Assembly: GCA_002269645.1 (NCBI GenBank) | Contig: NIVC01003985.1 | Coordinates: forward strand, 1-64,000 | Source of the DNA: Macrostomum lignano | Lineage: Eukaryota | Length of the DNA stretch: 64,000 bases | Reading direction: 5' to 3' | In this document: piece after piece, positions 1 through 12,088 of the stretch | Position numbering within the stretch: the stretch's first letter is position 1 | Layout: every line of letters begins with the position of its first letter | Position numbers and translations under genes: made by a program | Notes under the pieces: model-generated | What the model saw: only the letters and a program-made list of their open reading frames with translations | Database searches by the model: none | Told to the model about the DNA's origin: nothing

Positions 1-680
1 CATGAACACTTGAGTTCAGACCAATGAATATCTTTGAATCATTTTTTAGGATAAATATAGCTATCTGGATTGATATCCGCCAGTCAAAGCCAATGGATTA
101 TATGGCTCTGTTCCAGTGCTGTCCGTTCAAACAAAACCCATCACAGGCAGGCTGGTCGCAAAGAAATTTGTTCTACACAGTGACCTGGAACTGTTTGCCC
201 TGTGCATTAGCCTAAATTGCATTTCGGAGGAGTGTATTTACAAATAGGACTATAGAAACGTATGATTATTAGTGTCCAAATACCAAGTTTCGGACAAAGC
301 AAAGTTTGTCACGGTATAGATTGGAGTGCTTTCAGTTCCAGGCGTTCAATAAATTCTTTTTCAGGAAAATCGAGTGTATAGTGTATTTCTACTCCAGTTA
401 TTAATGTTTGTGATTAAGTGAATAATTAATCTGTCAAATATCTTGTGTGTCCTCTAACGAATGTTTATCAATCTGCCGTGTTACTCACATTGCCAGTAGT
501 TTATCCAATTACCGCATTAGCAGCTTCATGCTGCAGCATAAATCTGATTAGCTTCAGCCAATAACTATTCACCAGGGAAGTAAAAAGCAGCCGAACTCTA
601 AAAAAAGATGAGCCTGCTCACATAAAACCTGCGATTCACCAACCGGAGTTCACTGCTTACTGGTCTCAAATAAGAGCGAA

Positions 681-1996
681 ATGCTGTGTAAAATATTCAT
701 TAAAGCTCTTGCTCTTGTCGCCTTGCTGACCACTGAATATCAGTTAGCAGCAGGTGCTGAAGACTACGAGGCCGAACTGTTGCACTACTTAAGGCACAAC
801 ATCACCGGCTACAGCCCGACTCTCCGACCATTGCTGAATTCAAAGCAGACTGTCTTTGTGTCAGCAGACATTATAATTGGTCAGATAATCTCGGTTGACA
901 GCTCAAAGCAAAGTGTAACAATTTCCGCAATTATCTCAGCCAGCTGGAGCAACGAGCGGTTAATCTGGGACCCGGCCAAGTTCGGCAACATCACCGTGAT
1001 GGACTGGACAGCAGTCAGCTCTGGTTCCCTGTTGTGGTCGTCTACAACGGCCTTGGAGACAACCAGCTGCTGAGTCCTCAGCTTCCGACATTCATCACGT
1101 CAGTGTCGCCCAACAGATCTACAGTGTCCACCGGCTGGATCGGGCAGTGGGAGTTCTCCTGCAAGTTTAAATGAATCGGTTTCCGTTCGATCGGCACTCC
1201 TGCGAGATGGAGCTGTTTGCGAATGACCAGAGCCGCGGGTTGCCCAGCACTGTTATAAAGAAAGGGGTCATTTCTACTGATGCGCCATCGGAGCCAACGG
1301 AGTACAACAATAAGGGTGCCTATAGGACCAATGGCGAATGGAACTTGGTCAACTTGACCACTTATATAAAGAAAATACCCTATGAGGTGCTTAAGGAGCA
1401 TCAAAGGTTAATCTGTCTACGTTGGCTTTGCACATGGAGCTCGAGCGAGTGCCCACTTACTACATTTTGAGCGTAATGACCCCCCTGCTGCTGCTCACGC
1501 TGCTCCAGGTGCTCGTCTTCTTCGTTCCCGTTGAGTCTGGAGAGAAGCTGGGCTTCGGCATCACAATCATGCTGAGCTACACGGTGTTTCTGCTGCTGCT
1601 GGACGGCCTGCTGCCCAAGTCGCAGTCGATGCCGGCCGTGGCGTCGTTCATCACGGCGGCCATGGTGCTGTCGACGTCGTCTCTGCTGCTGACGTCGGTG
1701 TCGATTCGGTTCCACTTCGCTGCGGAGTCTCAGCCGATGCCGTCGTGTCTTCGGTTCGTGTTCGTGAGCTGCCTGGGCGCGCGATGCTGTGCGGTGAGAG
1801 GCGAGGCGGCGGCAGGACGGCGCCTGAGGAAGACGCCGACGACGCTGTGGTGAGAAAGGCGGGCGACGACGGCGAGAAGCGCTCGGACTGGAAAGCAGCT
1901 TCAACCGCCGTGGAGCGGTGCATGATTGTCGTAGGCTTGCCAATCACCGCAGCGCTTTTGATCGCTTTGGTCGCGGTTCCTTTTGCTGAATTTTGA
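681..1996 (+). pseudogene. Cys-loop ligand-gated ion channel (nAChR-like, non-alpha) copy 1, frameshifted (pseudogene or assembly indels)
   Basis: ORF pieces 681-1073, 1171-1470, 1422-1853 and 1745-1996 join into a full receptor colinear with the four intact paralogs: signal peptide, WDP..FG, Cys-loop C-x13-C, GEKLGFGITIMLSYTVF, M4, stop TGA at 1994-1996. Frame breaks lie near 1009, 1169, 1405-1425 and 1777. Confidence 0.85.
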
Positions 1997-2449
1997 ATCC
2001 GCTTTATTTGCCCCTCTTGAGAGCAGCAAATATTAATTGATAGACCATAGCAAACATGTTTATCAAGCACCTGATGAGCTTAAAGATCTTAAGTGTTGTC
2101 TCTAGTTTAATGCTTTACAATCTGTCATGACTCACAAATGCTACTATTCAAAAGCTATTAATCAACTATCTCGGATATTTATTTGTCTTTGGACTAAAAA
2201 TATGTTTTATGCCCATACTATGACATTAATCTTCTGATTCGATAGTGTCATTTTATGATTCAATGTTTTATTTTTTTCTTTGGATTTATGAGTACAAGGC
2301 TACCGTTATAGCTTAGGGGCTGTCTGGTGGCTAATAAAAGGTCAAATAAAGTAACTCTATGCATTAATTTTGTTGCAAATATTTATTAAGTGATCTGTGC
2401 GATTACTGAAAGGGTTGTGATGTATGAATTTAATGAACTTTACAAATTC

Positions 2450-2738
2450 GGGTCGCTTTCACAAGACGAAACTAAACTTCATAACACAGAAATTTCACAA
2501 CGACGAAAAATACCGCGCGCACTTCATGAGACCGAAATTTCACATCATAGAAAACCTAATAAAACAAGGACCATGCAGAATTTTGGCCGTTGTGAAGCTT
2601 CGGTCTTGTGAAGTTTCAGTCTTGTGAAGCTTCGGTCTTGTGAAGTTTCGGTCTTGTGAAGCTTCGGTCTTGTGAAGCTTCGGTCTTGTGAAGTTTCGGT
2701 CTTGTGAAGCTTCGGTCTTGTGAAGTTTCTTGTGAATT
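2450..2738. repeat. 16-bp tandem repeat (YTTCGGTCTTGTGAAG, about 8-9 copies) with degenerate inverted copies upstream; MITE-like
   Basis: Tandem copies at about 2591-2738. Reverse-complement-like copies (tttcacaagacgaaact, cttcatgagaccgaaat) at about 2457-2545. Confidence 0.7.
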
Positions 2739-2986
2739 TTACTTGATTGTGGCGATTGCCAGAAGTGATCACCAGGTACATGTATGTCATCAACAAGGCA
2801 TGCATGTTTGGTCTCGCAGTTTTGCTCATTTTTATTTTGTTAGTGTGATAACGCTGATACCTTCATTACCTAGTGTTTTCTAGAACTTTCCAGACTTTCC
2901 AACAGTGCCTTCAAAACCGAAACAAAACTAAACAAACTTGATGAAGGTCTATTTTAGCCACTGTATAAACAAAGGCATCAGCATAC

Positions 2987-5900
2987 TAACCGAGAGACAG
3001 TGGCGCACACCGAGAGACAGTGGCGCAAACCGAGAGACAGTGGCGCACACCTAGAGACAGTGGCGCACACCGAGAGACAGTGGCGCACACCGAGAGACAG
3101 TGGCGCACACCGAGAGACAGTGCCGCACACCAAGAGACAGTGCCGCACACCGAGAGACAGTGCCGCACACCGAGAGACAGTGGCGCACGTGGCGCACACC
3201 GAGAGACAGTGGCGCACACCGAGAGACAGTGGCGCACACCTAGAGACAGTGACGCACACCGAGAGACAGTGGCGCACACCGAGAGACAGTGGCGCACACC
3301 GAGAGACAGTGGCGCACACCGAGAGACAGTGGCGCACACCGAGAGACAGTGCCGCACACCGAGAGACAGTGGCGCACACCAAGAGACAGTGGGCACACCA
3401 AGAGACAGTGGTGCACACCAAGAGACAGTGGTGCACACCAAGAGACAGTGACGCACACCGAGAGACAGTGCCGCACACCAAGAGACAGTGGCGCACACCG
3501 AGAGACAGTGGCGCACACCGAAAGACAGTGACGCACACCGAGAGACAGTGCCGCACACCGAGAGACAGTGCCGCACACCAAGAGACAGTGGTGCACACCA
3601 AGAGACAGTGGTGCACACCAAGAGACAGTGGCGCACACCGAGAGACAGTGATGCACACCGAGAGACAGTGCCGCACACCAAGAGACAGTGGTGCACACCA
3701 AGAGACAGTGGCGCACACCGAGAGACAGTGGCGCACACCGAGAGACATTGGCACACACCAAGAGACAGTGGCGCACACCGAGAGACAGTGGCGCACACCG
3801 AGAGACAGTGCCGCACACCGAGAGACAGTGCCGCACACCTAGAGACAGTGCCGCACACCAAGAGACAGTGGTGCACACCAAAAGACAGTGGTGCACACCA
3901 AGAGACAGTGGCGCACACCGAGAGACAGTGGTGCACACCAAGAGACAGTGGCGCACACCGAGAGACAGTGGTGCACACCAAGAGACAGTGGCGCACACCG
4001 AGAGACAGTGGCGCACACCTAGAGACAGTGACGAACACCGAGAGACAGTGGCGCACACCGAGAGACATTGGAACACACCAAGAGACAGTGGTGCACACCA
4101 AGAGACAGTGATCCACACCGAGAGACAGTGGCGCACACCTAGAGACAGTGGCGCACACCGAGAGACATTGGCACACACCAAGAGACAGTGGTGCACACCA
4201 AGAGACAGTGATCCACACCGAGAGACAGTGGCGCACACCTAGAGACAGTGGCGCATACCGAGAGACAGTGGTGCACACCTAGAGACAGTGGCGCACACCA
4301 AGAGACAGTGCCGCACACCTAGAGACAGTGCCGCACACCAAGAGACAGTGGTGCACACCAAGAGACAGTGACGAACACCGAGAGACAGTGGTGCACACCA
4401 AGAGACAGTGCCGCACACCGAGAGACAGTGGTGCACACCAAGAGACAGTGGTGCACACCAAGAGACAGTGACGCACACCGAGAGACAGTGCCGCACACCA
4501 AGAGACAGTGGCGCACACCGAGAGACAGTGGCGCACACCGAGAGACAGTGGCGCACACCGAGAGACAGTGCCGCACACCGAGATACAGTGATGCACACCG
4601 AGAGACAGTGCGCACACCAAGAGACAGTGGTGCACACCAAGAGACAGTGGCGCACACCGAGAGACAGTGGCGCACACCAAGAGACAGTGGCGCACACCGA
4701 GAGACAGTGGCGCACACCGAGAGACAGTGCCGCACACCGAGAGACAGTGGCGCACACCGAGAGACAGTGCCGCACACCGAGAGACAGTGGCGCACACCAA
4801 GAGACAGTGGCGCACACCGAGAGACAGTGGCGCACACCGAGAGACAGTGCCGCACACCGAGAGACAGTGGCGCACACCGAGAGACAGTGCCGCACACCGA
4901 GAGACAGTGGCGCACACCAAGAGACAGTGGCGCACACCGAGAGACAGTGGCGCACACCGAGAGACAGTGCCGCACACCGAGAGACAGTGGGCACACCAAG
5001 AGACAGTGGTGCACACCAAGAGACAGTGGTGCACACCAAGAGACAGTGACGCACACCGAGAGACAGTGCCGCACACCAAGAGACAGTGGCGCACACCGAG
5101 AGACAGTGGCGCACACCGAAAGACAGTGACGCACACCGAGAGACAGTGCCGCACACCGAGAGACAGTGCCGCACACCAAGAGACAGTGGTGCACACCAAG
5201 AGACAGTGGTGCACACCAAGAGACAGTGGCGCACACCGAGAGACAGTGATGCACACCGAGAGACAGTGCCGCACACCAAGAGACAGTGGTGCACACCAAG
5301 AGACAGTGGCGCACACCGAGAGACAGTGGCGCACACCGAGAGACATTGGCACACACCAAGAGACAGTGGCGCACACCGAGAGACAGTGGCGCACACCGAG
5401 AGACAGTGCCGCACACCGAGAGACAGTGCCGCACACCTAGAGACAGTGCCGCACACCAAGAGACAGTGGTGCACACCAAAAGACAGTGGTGCACACCAAG
5501 AGACAGTGGCGCACACGAGAGACAGTGGTGCACACCAAGAGACAGTGGCGCACACCGAGAGACAGTGGTGCACACCAAGAGACAGTGGCGCACACCGAGA
5601 GACAGTGGCGCACACCTAGAGACAGTGACGAACACCGAGAGACAGTGGCGCACACCGAGAGACATTGGAACACACCAAGAGACAGTGGTGCACACCAAGA
5701 GACAGTGATCCACACCGAGAGACAGTGGCGCACACCTAGAGACAGTGGCGCACACCGAGAGACATTGGCACACACCAAGAGACAGTGGTGCACACCAAGA
5801 GACAGTGATCCACACCGAGAGACAGTGGCGCACACCTAGAGACAGTGGCGCATACCGAGAGACAGTGGTGCACACCTAGAGACAGTGGCGCACACCAAGA

Positions 5901-6616
5901 GACAGTGCCGCACACCTAGAGACAGTGCCGCACACCAAGAGACAGTGGTGCACACCAAGAGACAGTGACGAACACCGAGAGACAGTGGTGCACACCAAGA
6001 GACAGTGCCGCACACCGAGAGACAGTGGTGCACACCAAGAGACAGTGGTGCACACCAAGAGACAGTGACGCACACCGAGAGACAGTGCCGCACACCAAGA
6101 GACAGTGGCGCACACCGAGAGACAGTGGCGCACACCGAGAGACAGTGGCGCACACCGAGAGACAGTGCCGCACACCGAGATACAGTGATGCACACCGAGA
6201 GACAGTGCCGCACACCAAGAGACAGTGGTGCACACCAAGAGACAGTGGCGCACACCGAGAGACAGTGGCGCACACCAAGAGACAGTGGCGCACACCGAGA
6301 GACAGTGGCGCACACCGAGAGACAGTGCCGCACACCGAGAGACAGTGGCGCACACCGAGAGACAGTGCCGCACACCGAGAGACAGTGGCGCACACCAGAG
6401 ACAGTGGCGCACACCGAGAGACAGTGGCGCACACCGAGAGACAGTGGCGCACACCGAGAGACAGTGGCGCACACCGAGAGACAGTGCCGCACACCGAGAG
6501 ACAGTGGCGCACACCAAGAGACAGTGGCGCACACCGAGAGACAGTGGCGCACACCGAGAGACAGTGGCGCACACAAGAGACAGTGCCGCACACCGAGAGA
6601 CAGTGCCGCACACCTA
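2987..6616. repeat. 20-bp satellite (CCGAGAGACAGTGGCGCACA, about 180 copies) with a ~1.6 kb higher-order duplication
   Basis: Directly visible periodicity. Rare monomer variants recur at an offset of about 1597 bp. Confidence 0.97.
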
Positions 6617-6797
6617 AATACACGCGACTGAATTCGTTGTAAAGAAGAGATGTGCCGCTTTAGAATGACACCAAAGTTGTGCTTGCAACTGCTACTGATT
6701 TTGCTCTGTGATTAAAAGTGTCAGGACTTTGCGGAGACCCCTCTTATATTTAAATTCGATCCACATAACTAAAATTTATCGCGCGCGCCATACCTAG

Positions 6798-7067
6798 TGT
6801 AATGTTACAGTTTGGTATAATTCGCAGAAGCTTCTAGAAAGTTCCGGTTGGACTATTTTCTATGTACGACGTATAAGTATACGGTACGTGTCTTCACGAT
6901 TTTCAAGTTACTTTTCTCTTACGGGAGACTCAACAATAAAACAAAAACCACTGCCTCGCTCTGCTTTATTCTCTTCATCGCTGCTATACCAGCACTGCTG
7001 ATCCAGGAAACCGAGCTGCCATTGTTGATAGGGGAGACTGTTCTACGTGACCAGGGGGCACATTACA
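6798..7067 (+). mobile_element. Solo-LTR-like element with heat-shock element, TATA-like box and AATAAA
   Basis: Termini TGTAATGT and ACATTACA form a perfect 8-bp inverted repeat with TG..CA ends. aGAAgcTTCtaGAAagTTCc at 6826-6845, tataagta at about 6867, AATAAA at about 6935. No TSD found. Confidence 0.5.
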
Positions 7068-7138
7068 AGTTAGGTAGTTAGATTCCAAGATAAAATTAAC
7101 ATTTTACACTTTCTACTTTTTAAAAGTAGACTTTAGAA

Positions 7139-7610
7139 CAGGGTTCGGCAAACTCCGGCTCGAGGACCGCATGCAGCCTGCGAAGCATCCGGCCCTCGGG
7201 TCCTTTGAAACTTGACAAGCAATTCGGTCCCGCTCAAGGTTTGTGTCGCTTTGCAGCTCTCCTCTCTCTAATAATCTCTTCTCTCTAATAATCTCTTCTC
7301 TCTAATAATCTCTTCTCTCTAATAATCTCTTCTCTCTAATAATCTCTTCTCTCTAATAATCTCTTCTCTCTAATAATCTCTTCTCTCTAATAATCTCTTC
7401 TCTCTAATAATCTCTTCTCTCTAATAATCTCTTCTCTCTAATAATCTCTTCTCTCTAATAATCTCTTCTCTCTAATAATCTCTTCTCTCTAATAATCTCT
7501 TCTTTCTAATACTCTGACCCTCTTCCCTATTCCCTCCTCTATCCGGCAGTCATGCACTATGACTAAATTCTCTATCTAGCCCTTGAGGCAAAAAAGTTTT
7601 CCAACCCCTG
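7139..7610. mobile_element. Non-autonomous hAT-family element (MITE)
   Basis: TIRs CAGGGTTCGGCAAACT and AGTTTTCCAACCCCTG. Perfect 8-bp TSD CTTTAGAA at 7131-7138 and 7611-7618; an 8-bp TSD with CAGGG termini is typical of hAT elements. Confidence 0.88.
7264..7510. repeat. 17-bp tandem repeat (CTCTCTAATAATCTCTT, about 14 copies) inside the hAT MITE
   Basis: Directly visible periodicity. Confidence 0.95.
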
Positions 7611-8296
7611 CTTTAGAAAATATGATTTCTTTAAAATCAGCTAAAATCGTACAAAAATTGAAATCATACCTGACTCGCGGTGTGTCCGACTCCGGACGGC
7701 TAAAGTAACTCCGTTATCTGCCTAGAAAAATACACACAGGAGCAGCACAGCTGTTAAGTAAACAGCAAATTCGACTCAGTATAAGAGTTAAATGTATTAG
7801 CAATGTCCACACCAGAAAGTCACGTCTTACTGTCACACGCAGGTGCACAATGCATGTAGGACAACATGTATGCACATGTGCGAGTAGTTTGAACAGATAT
7901 GTTTACTCGTAGCGTCCAAAGCACACAAAAGACCCGGGGAGGGAACCTAGCTGCATATCAGATATATGGATATGTATTCACCGCGACTCCATTTCTATCT
8001 ACCTAATAAAGCACTGTTTAATTCTTGCAAACAAAAGCTGCCAAAGCAGTCGCCTTGTCATTCGATACAATCATCACGGTGATGATCACGGTTGATCACG
8101 GTAACTACATTAAGTCTCTTGTAAACAATTTCGTCCCTATACCCGCTGCTTGGATTGGTTCGGGATGAAATTCTGCGAAAAGATTTATTACCAGCTAATA
8201 TTAAACGCTGGTGGACGATGCACAACAGTAGGTGAAAAGCCCTGACTATCTAGACAGCTTATCAAAACTCCAAGACGCAAAAAGCACAATATCCAA

Positions 8297-9628
8297 ATGA
8301 ATACGCCCTGGCAACTACGGCCTGCCGCGCTCCTTCTGCTGACGTTTGCGTTTGGCGGAATCCAACAGGCTCATTCGAGAGGCTTTGAAGCTGAACTGCT
8401 CAAGTATCTGAAAAACAACATCACCGATTTCAGCCGAACACTTCGACCAAACATCAATCCCGAGAAGGTAGTTGAAGTGTCAATAATGGCGTTTCCTTTC
8501 CAAATTGTGTCAGTGAACAGCGTCAAACAAAGCATGACAATAAACATCATTCTGCAACTCAGCTGGTTCAATGAGCATCTGGTTTGGGATCCTGCGAAAT
8601 TCGGACGTCTGTCTGTCATAGAATGGGAAAACCAGCAGATTTGGACTCCTCCGATTGTGATTTTTAATGGAATCGGTCAAAACCAGTTCCCCGTGCTTCG
8701 GTTCCCTTTGCACTTATCATCAACTACTAGAAACCTTTCAATAGTGGCCACCTCCTGGAGAGATGAAGTGGAATTCTCTTGCAAGCTCGACATGCGCCGT
8801 TTTCCTTTTGACCGACACAGCTGCGATATGGAGCTGTACATGGAGGACCAAGCCCACATGTACAATTCAATAGTTCCTACAGTTAAAAATCTGTGGAATG
8901 AATCAAAAGAATTCAATGAAAAAAGTGCCTACCAAGAGAGCAGTGAGTGGAGAATGTTGAACTTGAGCACAAGTGTACACACGCGACAGTTTCAAACATT
9001 CAAAAACTCGCCGCCGACTCTTTTACCGATCTACACGGTTCACATGGAGATCGAGCGGGTGTCCACTTACTATGTGTTGAATGTATTGACTCCCCTGCTG
9101 CTGCTTACGCTGCTCCAGGTGCTCGTCTTCTTCGTGCCCGTCGAGTCCGGAGAGAAGCTGGGCTTCGGCATCACCATCATGCTGAGCTACACGGTGTTCC
9201 TGCTGCTGCTGGACGGCCTGCTGCCCAAGTCGCAGTCGATGCCGGCCGTGGCGTCGTTCATCACGGCGGCCATGGTGCTGTCGACGTCGTCTCTGCTGCT
9301 GACGTCGGTGTCGATTCGGTTCCACTTCGCTGCGGAGTCTCAGCCGATGCCGTCGTGTCTCCGGGTCGTGTTCGTGAGCTGCCTGGGCCGCGTGATGCTG
9401 TGCGGTGAGCGGCGAGGCGGCAGCAGGACGGCGCCTGAGGAAGACGCCGACGACGCCGCGGTGAGCAAAGCGGGCCATGAAGACGAGAGGCCCGTAGAGA
9501 CCTCCGGAGACCCGAGGCGCTCGGAGTGGCAGGTCGCAGCGGTCGCTGTGGAACGGCTGATGATTTTCTTGGGCTGTCCGACTGCAGGGGCCATTTTGGT
9601 TGCATTCGTCATTGTTCCTCTGCTGTGA
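8297..9628 (+). CDS. Cys-loop ligand-gated ion channel subunit (nAChR-like, non-alpha, predicted cation-selective), intronless, copy 2, 443 aa
   Basis: Signal peptide; LRP, VWDP..FG, Cys-loop SCKLDMRRFPFDRHSC, pre-M1 ER, M1, intracellular GEK ring, M2 with 9' Leu, M3, short loop, M4. No vicinal Cys in loop C. Confidence 0.95.
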   Translation: MNTPWQLRPAALLLLTFAFGGIQQAHSRGFEAELLKYLKNNITDFSRTLRPNINPEKVVEVSIMAFPFQIVSVNSVKQSMTINIILQLSWFNEHLVWDPAKFGRLSVIEWENQQIWTPPIVIFNGIGQNQFPVLRFPLHLSSTTRNLSIVATSWRDEVEFSCKLDMRRFPFDRHSCDMELYMEDQAHMYNSIVPTVKNLWNESKEFNEKSAYQESSEWRMLNLSTSVHTRQFQTFKNSPPTLLPIYTVHMEIERVSTYYVLNVLTPLLLLTLLQVLVFFVPVESGEKLGFGITIMLSYTVFLLLLDGLLPKSQSMPAVASFITAAMVLSTSSLLLTSVSIRFHFAAESQPMPSCLRVVFVSCLGRVMLCGERRGGSRTAPEEDADDAAVSKAGHEDERPVETSGDPRRSEWQVAAVAVERLMIFLGCPTAGAILVAFVIVPLL

Positions 9629-10783
9629 TCAGCTGGCACCGATATGAAATTGTTAAACAAATGATCCGCGTCAGTATAATTCAATTTTGGCTTAGGCACA
9701 ATGCTTTAGTCTGACTGCTCGCGTTTCCTGCAACCCATTTTTTGGCCTCTCTGGACGGAAAGCCATGGAGCGGTGCGTGCGCGTGAAGTGTCTGGTCACA
9801 GCGCGAATATCAACTTCTACTGAAATCAATTTCGTCAGTAGTATCTGCAGTGCATGCATCGGTCTTAGTTTTTTTGAGTAGCTTTTTTAATTCGTGAGAA
9901 GTTCTATCATTTACTCAAAAAATAGCGTCTATGTCCCTAAGCTACTGAACTCAAAATTTAAGCAACCCATGTCGGCTTTTTTTCTCACAAGTGGCGAAAA
10001 TCAGCAGTCCCACTTTTCCTGTTGCCGCCATACAAAGTGGCCTATCTAGGCAAGACATGTGGCCTAGAACACGACTGCGCGTTAGCCCTCCATAATTTTA
10101 TGACTAAACTCAGACGCTTTTAGGGGAAAAAAGCCTCTTTGTTCTCTTTGGGTGAGCAAGCTAAGTCTAAAAAATCGATGGGAATTCTTTTAGTGTCCCT
10201 ACCTGAGGACCAAAGCAAACACAGAGACTTCTCTGTCTCTTGGCTCAAATTCCTTGCAAAATGTAATATTTTTCTCAGCTATAGCTGATCTATAATAAAT
10301 AATTGATGCAATTTAGTCAACAGTCAGTATCATTTGCTTACCAAGTACATTGGTGCATTCATATACATCCATTTAGTTTAGTTAATTGATTTTTAAGCAG
10401 TTAAAACACTTGAAAGAGGTAATTATTTTAATCGCAAGTGAAAAGTACTTGGACTTCTTGGATAAGCGAATTTTATAAGGAATATATCGTGTAGCTACAA
10501 GAAAGTTGTCACGTGTTACGACAGAGAAATTAGAACACTAAGCTTGGCTGGGGATAAAGACAAGGTTGGTGGGGGTTAAAAAAGTGACGCGCAAAGAAAT
10601 CAATAAACACGTAAAACAGATGAAAAGAAAAGTTATTCTGCATAAAAAAAGGATCTGAATTTCGCGAGATAATCCGACGATTTTCAGAATCAAAAAATTT
10701 TCATTGCTGTTACTTAACAGTAGTAAAATGTCACATGCGTATCTAAAAAACAGCAAAACAAAAGTCGGGCAATCGGAAAGCAG

Positions 10784-12088
10784 TTATTCGACGAAGGGCG
10801 GAACCAGAAACGCAAACAAAATGGCGACAATCGCCACGCAGCCCACGACGGCCATCAGCCGCTCCACGGCGGTTGAAGCTGTTTTCCAGTCCGAGCGCCT
10901 CTCGCCGTCGTCACCCGCCTTTCTCACCACAGCGTCGTCGGCGTCTTCCTCAGGCGCCGTCCTGCCGCCGCCTCGCCTCTCACCGCACAGCATCACGCGG
11001 CCCAGGCAGCTCACGAACACGAACCGAAGACACAACGGCATCGGCTGAGACTCCGCAGCGAAGTGGAACCGAATCGCCACCGACGTCAGCAGCAGAGACG
11101 ACGTCGACAGCACCATGGCCGCCGTGATGAACGACGCCACGGCCGGCATCGACTGCGACTTGGGCAGCAGGCCGTCCAGCAGCAGCAGAAACACCGTGTA
11201 GCTCAGCATGATGGTGATGCCGAAGCCCAGCTTCTCTCCGGACTCGACGGGCACGAAGAAGACAAGCACCTGGAGCAGCGTGAGCAGCAGTAGTGGAGTC
11301 ACCACATTCAACACATAGTAAGTGGACACCCGCTCGATCTCCAGTCGTACCACGTAGGTCGGCAGTTTCATCTTCGGTTGTCCCTTGAAAACCGCATATT
11401 CTTTGTAGCGCACGAACGTGCTCAAGTTCAGCAGATTCCATTCGCTGTTCCTAACATAGGCCCCCACTTCATTGAATTCCACTGATGGCCCATACTGAAG
11501 GCTGCCCTTTTTTACAGCAGGTTGTCCTTTTCCCCGCCCCTGGTCGTTAGCGAACAGCTCCAAGTCGCAGGTGTGCCGATCGAACGGGAACCGACGCATG
11601 TCGAATTCGCAGGAGAACTCCCACTCACGCCTCCAGATGGCTGATACCACTGACTTGTCTGGTGCCACGGATGTGATGAACGGCGGAAACTGTGGACTTA
11701 GCAGCTGGTTGTCTCCGATGCCATTGTACACAAATATCACAGGAAAGTAGATTTTGCCGATCTCCCAATCCATCACGGTGATGTTGCCAAACTCCTTAGG
11801 ATCCCAGACCAGTCTTTCCTCATACCAAGTTGCAAACATCAGGGCAGTAATTTTAATACTCTGCTGTGCGCTGTCCACCATCACAATCTGACCCATCACG
11901 GTGGACAAGTAGACGCTCATTGACTGACTGTCCAAGGCTGGTCGCAGAGTCGGACTGTAGTCCGTGATGTTGTTTTCCAGATACTTCAGCAAAGCCGCTT
12001 CGAAATCTTGCTTAGGCATCTTGGGGTAGCAGCTGGTCAGCTGGGTTGCGATGGCAACAAAAAATAATAATTTGCTGAGTCCTAACAT
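10784..12088 (-). CDS. Cys-loop ligand-gated ion channel subunit (nAChR-like, non-alpha), intronless, copy 3
   Basis: Same motifs (SCEFDMRRFPFDRHTC, GEKLGFGITIMLSYTVF). The ATG at 12088 precedes a signal peptide (MLGLSKLLFFVAIATQLTSC); the ORF extends upstream to 12139. Confidence 0.93.
   Translation of the reverse strand: MLGLSKLLFFVAIATQLTSCYPKMPKQDFEAALLKYLENNITDYSPTLRPALDSQSMSVYLSTVMGQIVMVDSAQQSIKITALMFATWYEERLVWDPKEFGNITVMDWEIGKIYFPVIFVYNGIGDNQLLSPQFPPFITSVAPDKSVVSAIWRREWEFSCEFDMRRFPFDRHTCDLELFANDQGRGKGQPAVKKGSLQYGPSVEFNEVGAYVRNSEWNLLNLSTFVRYKEYAVFKGQPKMKLPTYVVRLEIERVSTYYVLNVVTPLLLLTLLQVLVFFVPVESGEKLGFGITIMLSYTVFLLLLDGLLPKSQSMPAVASFITAAMVLSTSSLLLTSVAIRFHFAAESQPMPLCLRFVFVSCLGRVMLCGERRGGGRTAPEEDADDAVVRKAGDDGERRSDWKTASTAVERLMAVVGCVAIVAILFAFLVPPFVE

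Noticed and set aside
2987-6616. CRISPR-like regular repeat, and many long ORFs in all six frames
   Set aside because: There are no unique spacers and no cas genes, and the context is eukaryotic. The ORFs (TPRDSGAHRETV and CATVSRCAPLSL types) simply translate a stop-poor 20-bp unit.
8297-9628. Calling the channels nAChR alpha subunits or giving them a gene symbol
   Set aside because: No YxCC vicinal cysteines and no loop-B Trp; orthology cannot be assigned by eye.
9023-9699. Antisense and alternate-frame ORFs over the TM region, repeated at each receptor copy
   Set aside because: Shadows of the GC-rich, homogenised coding block, with no independent motifs.
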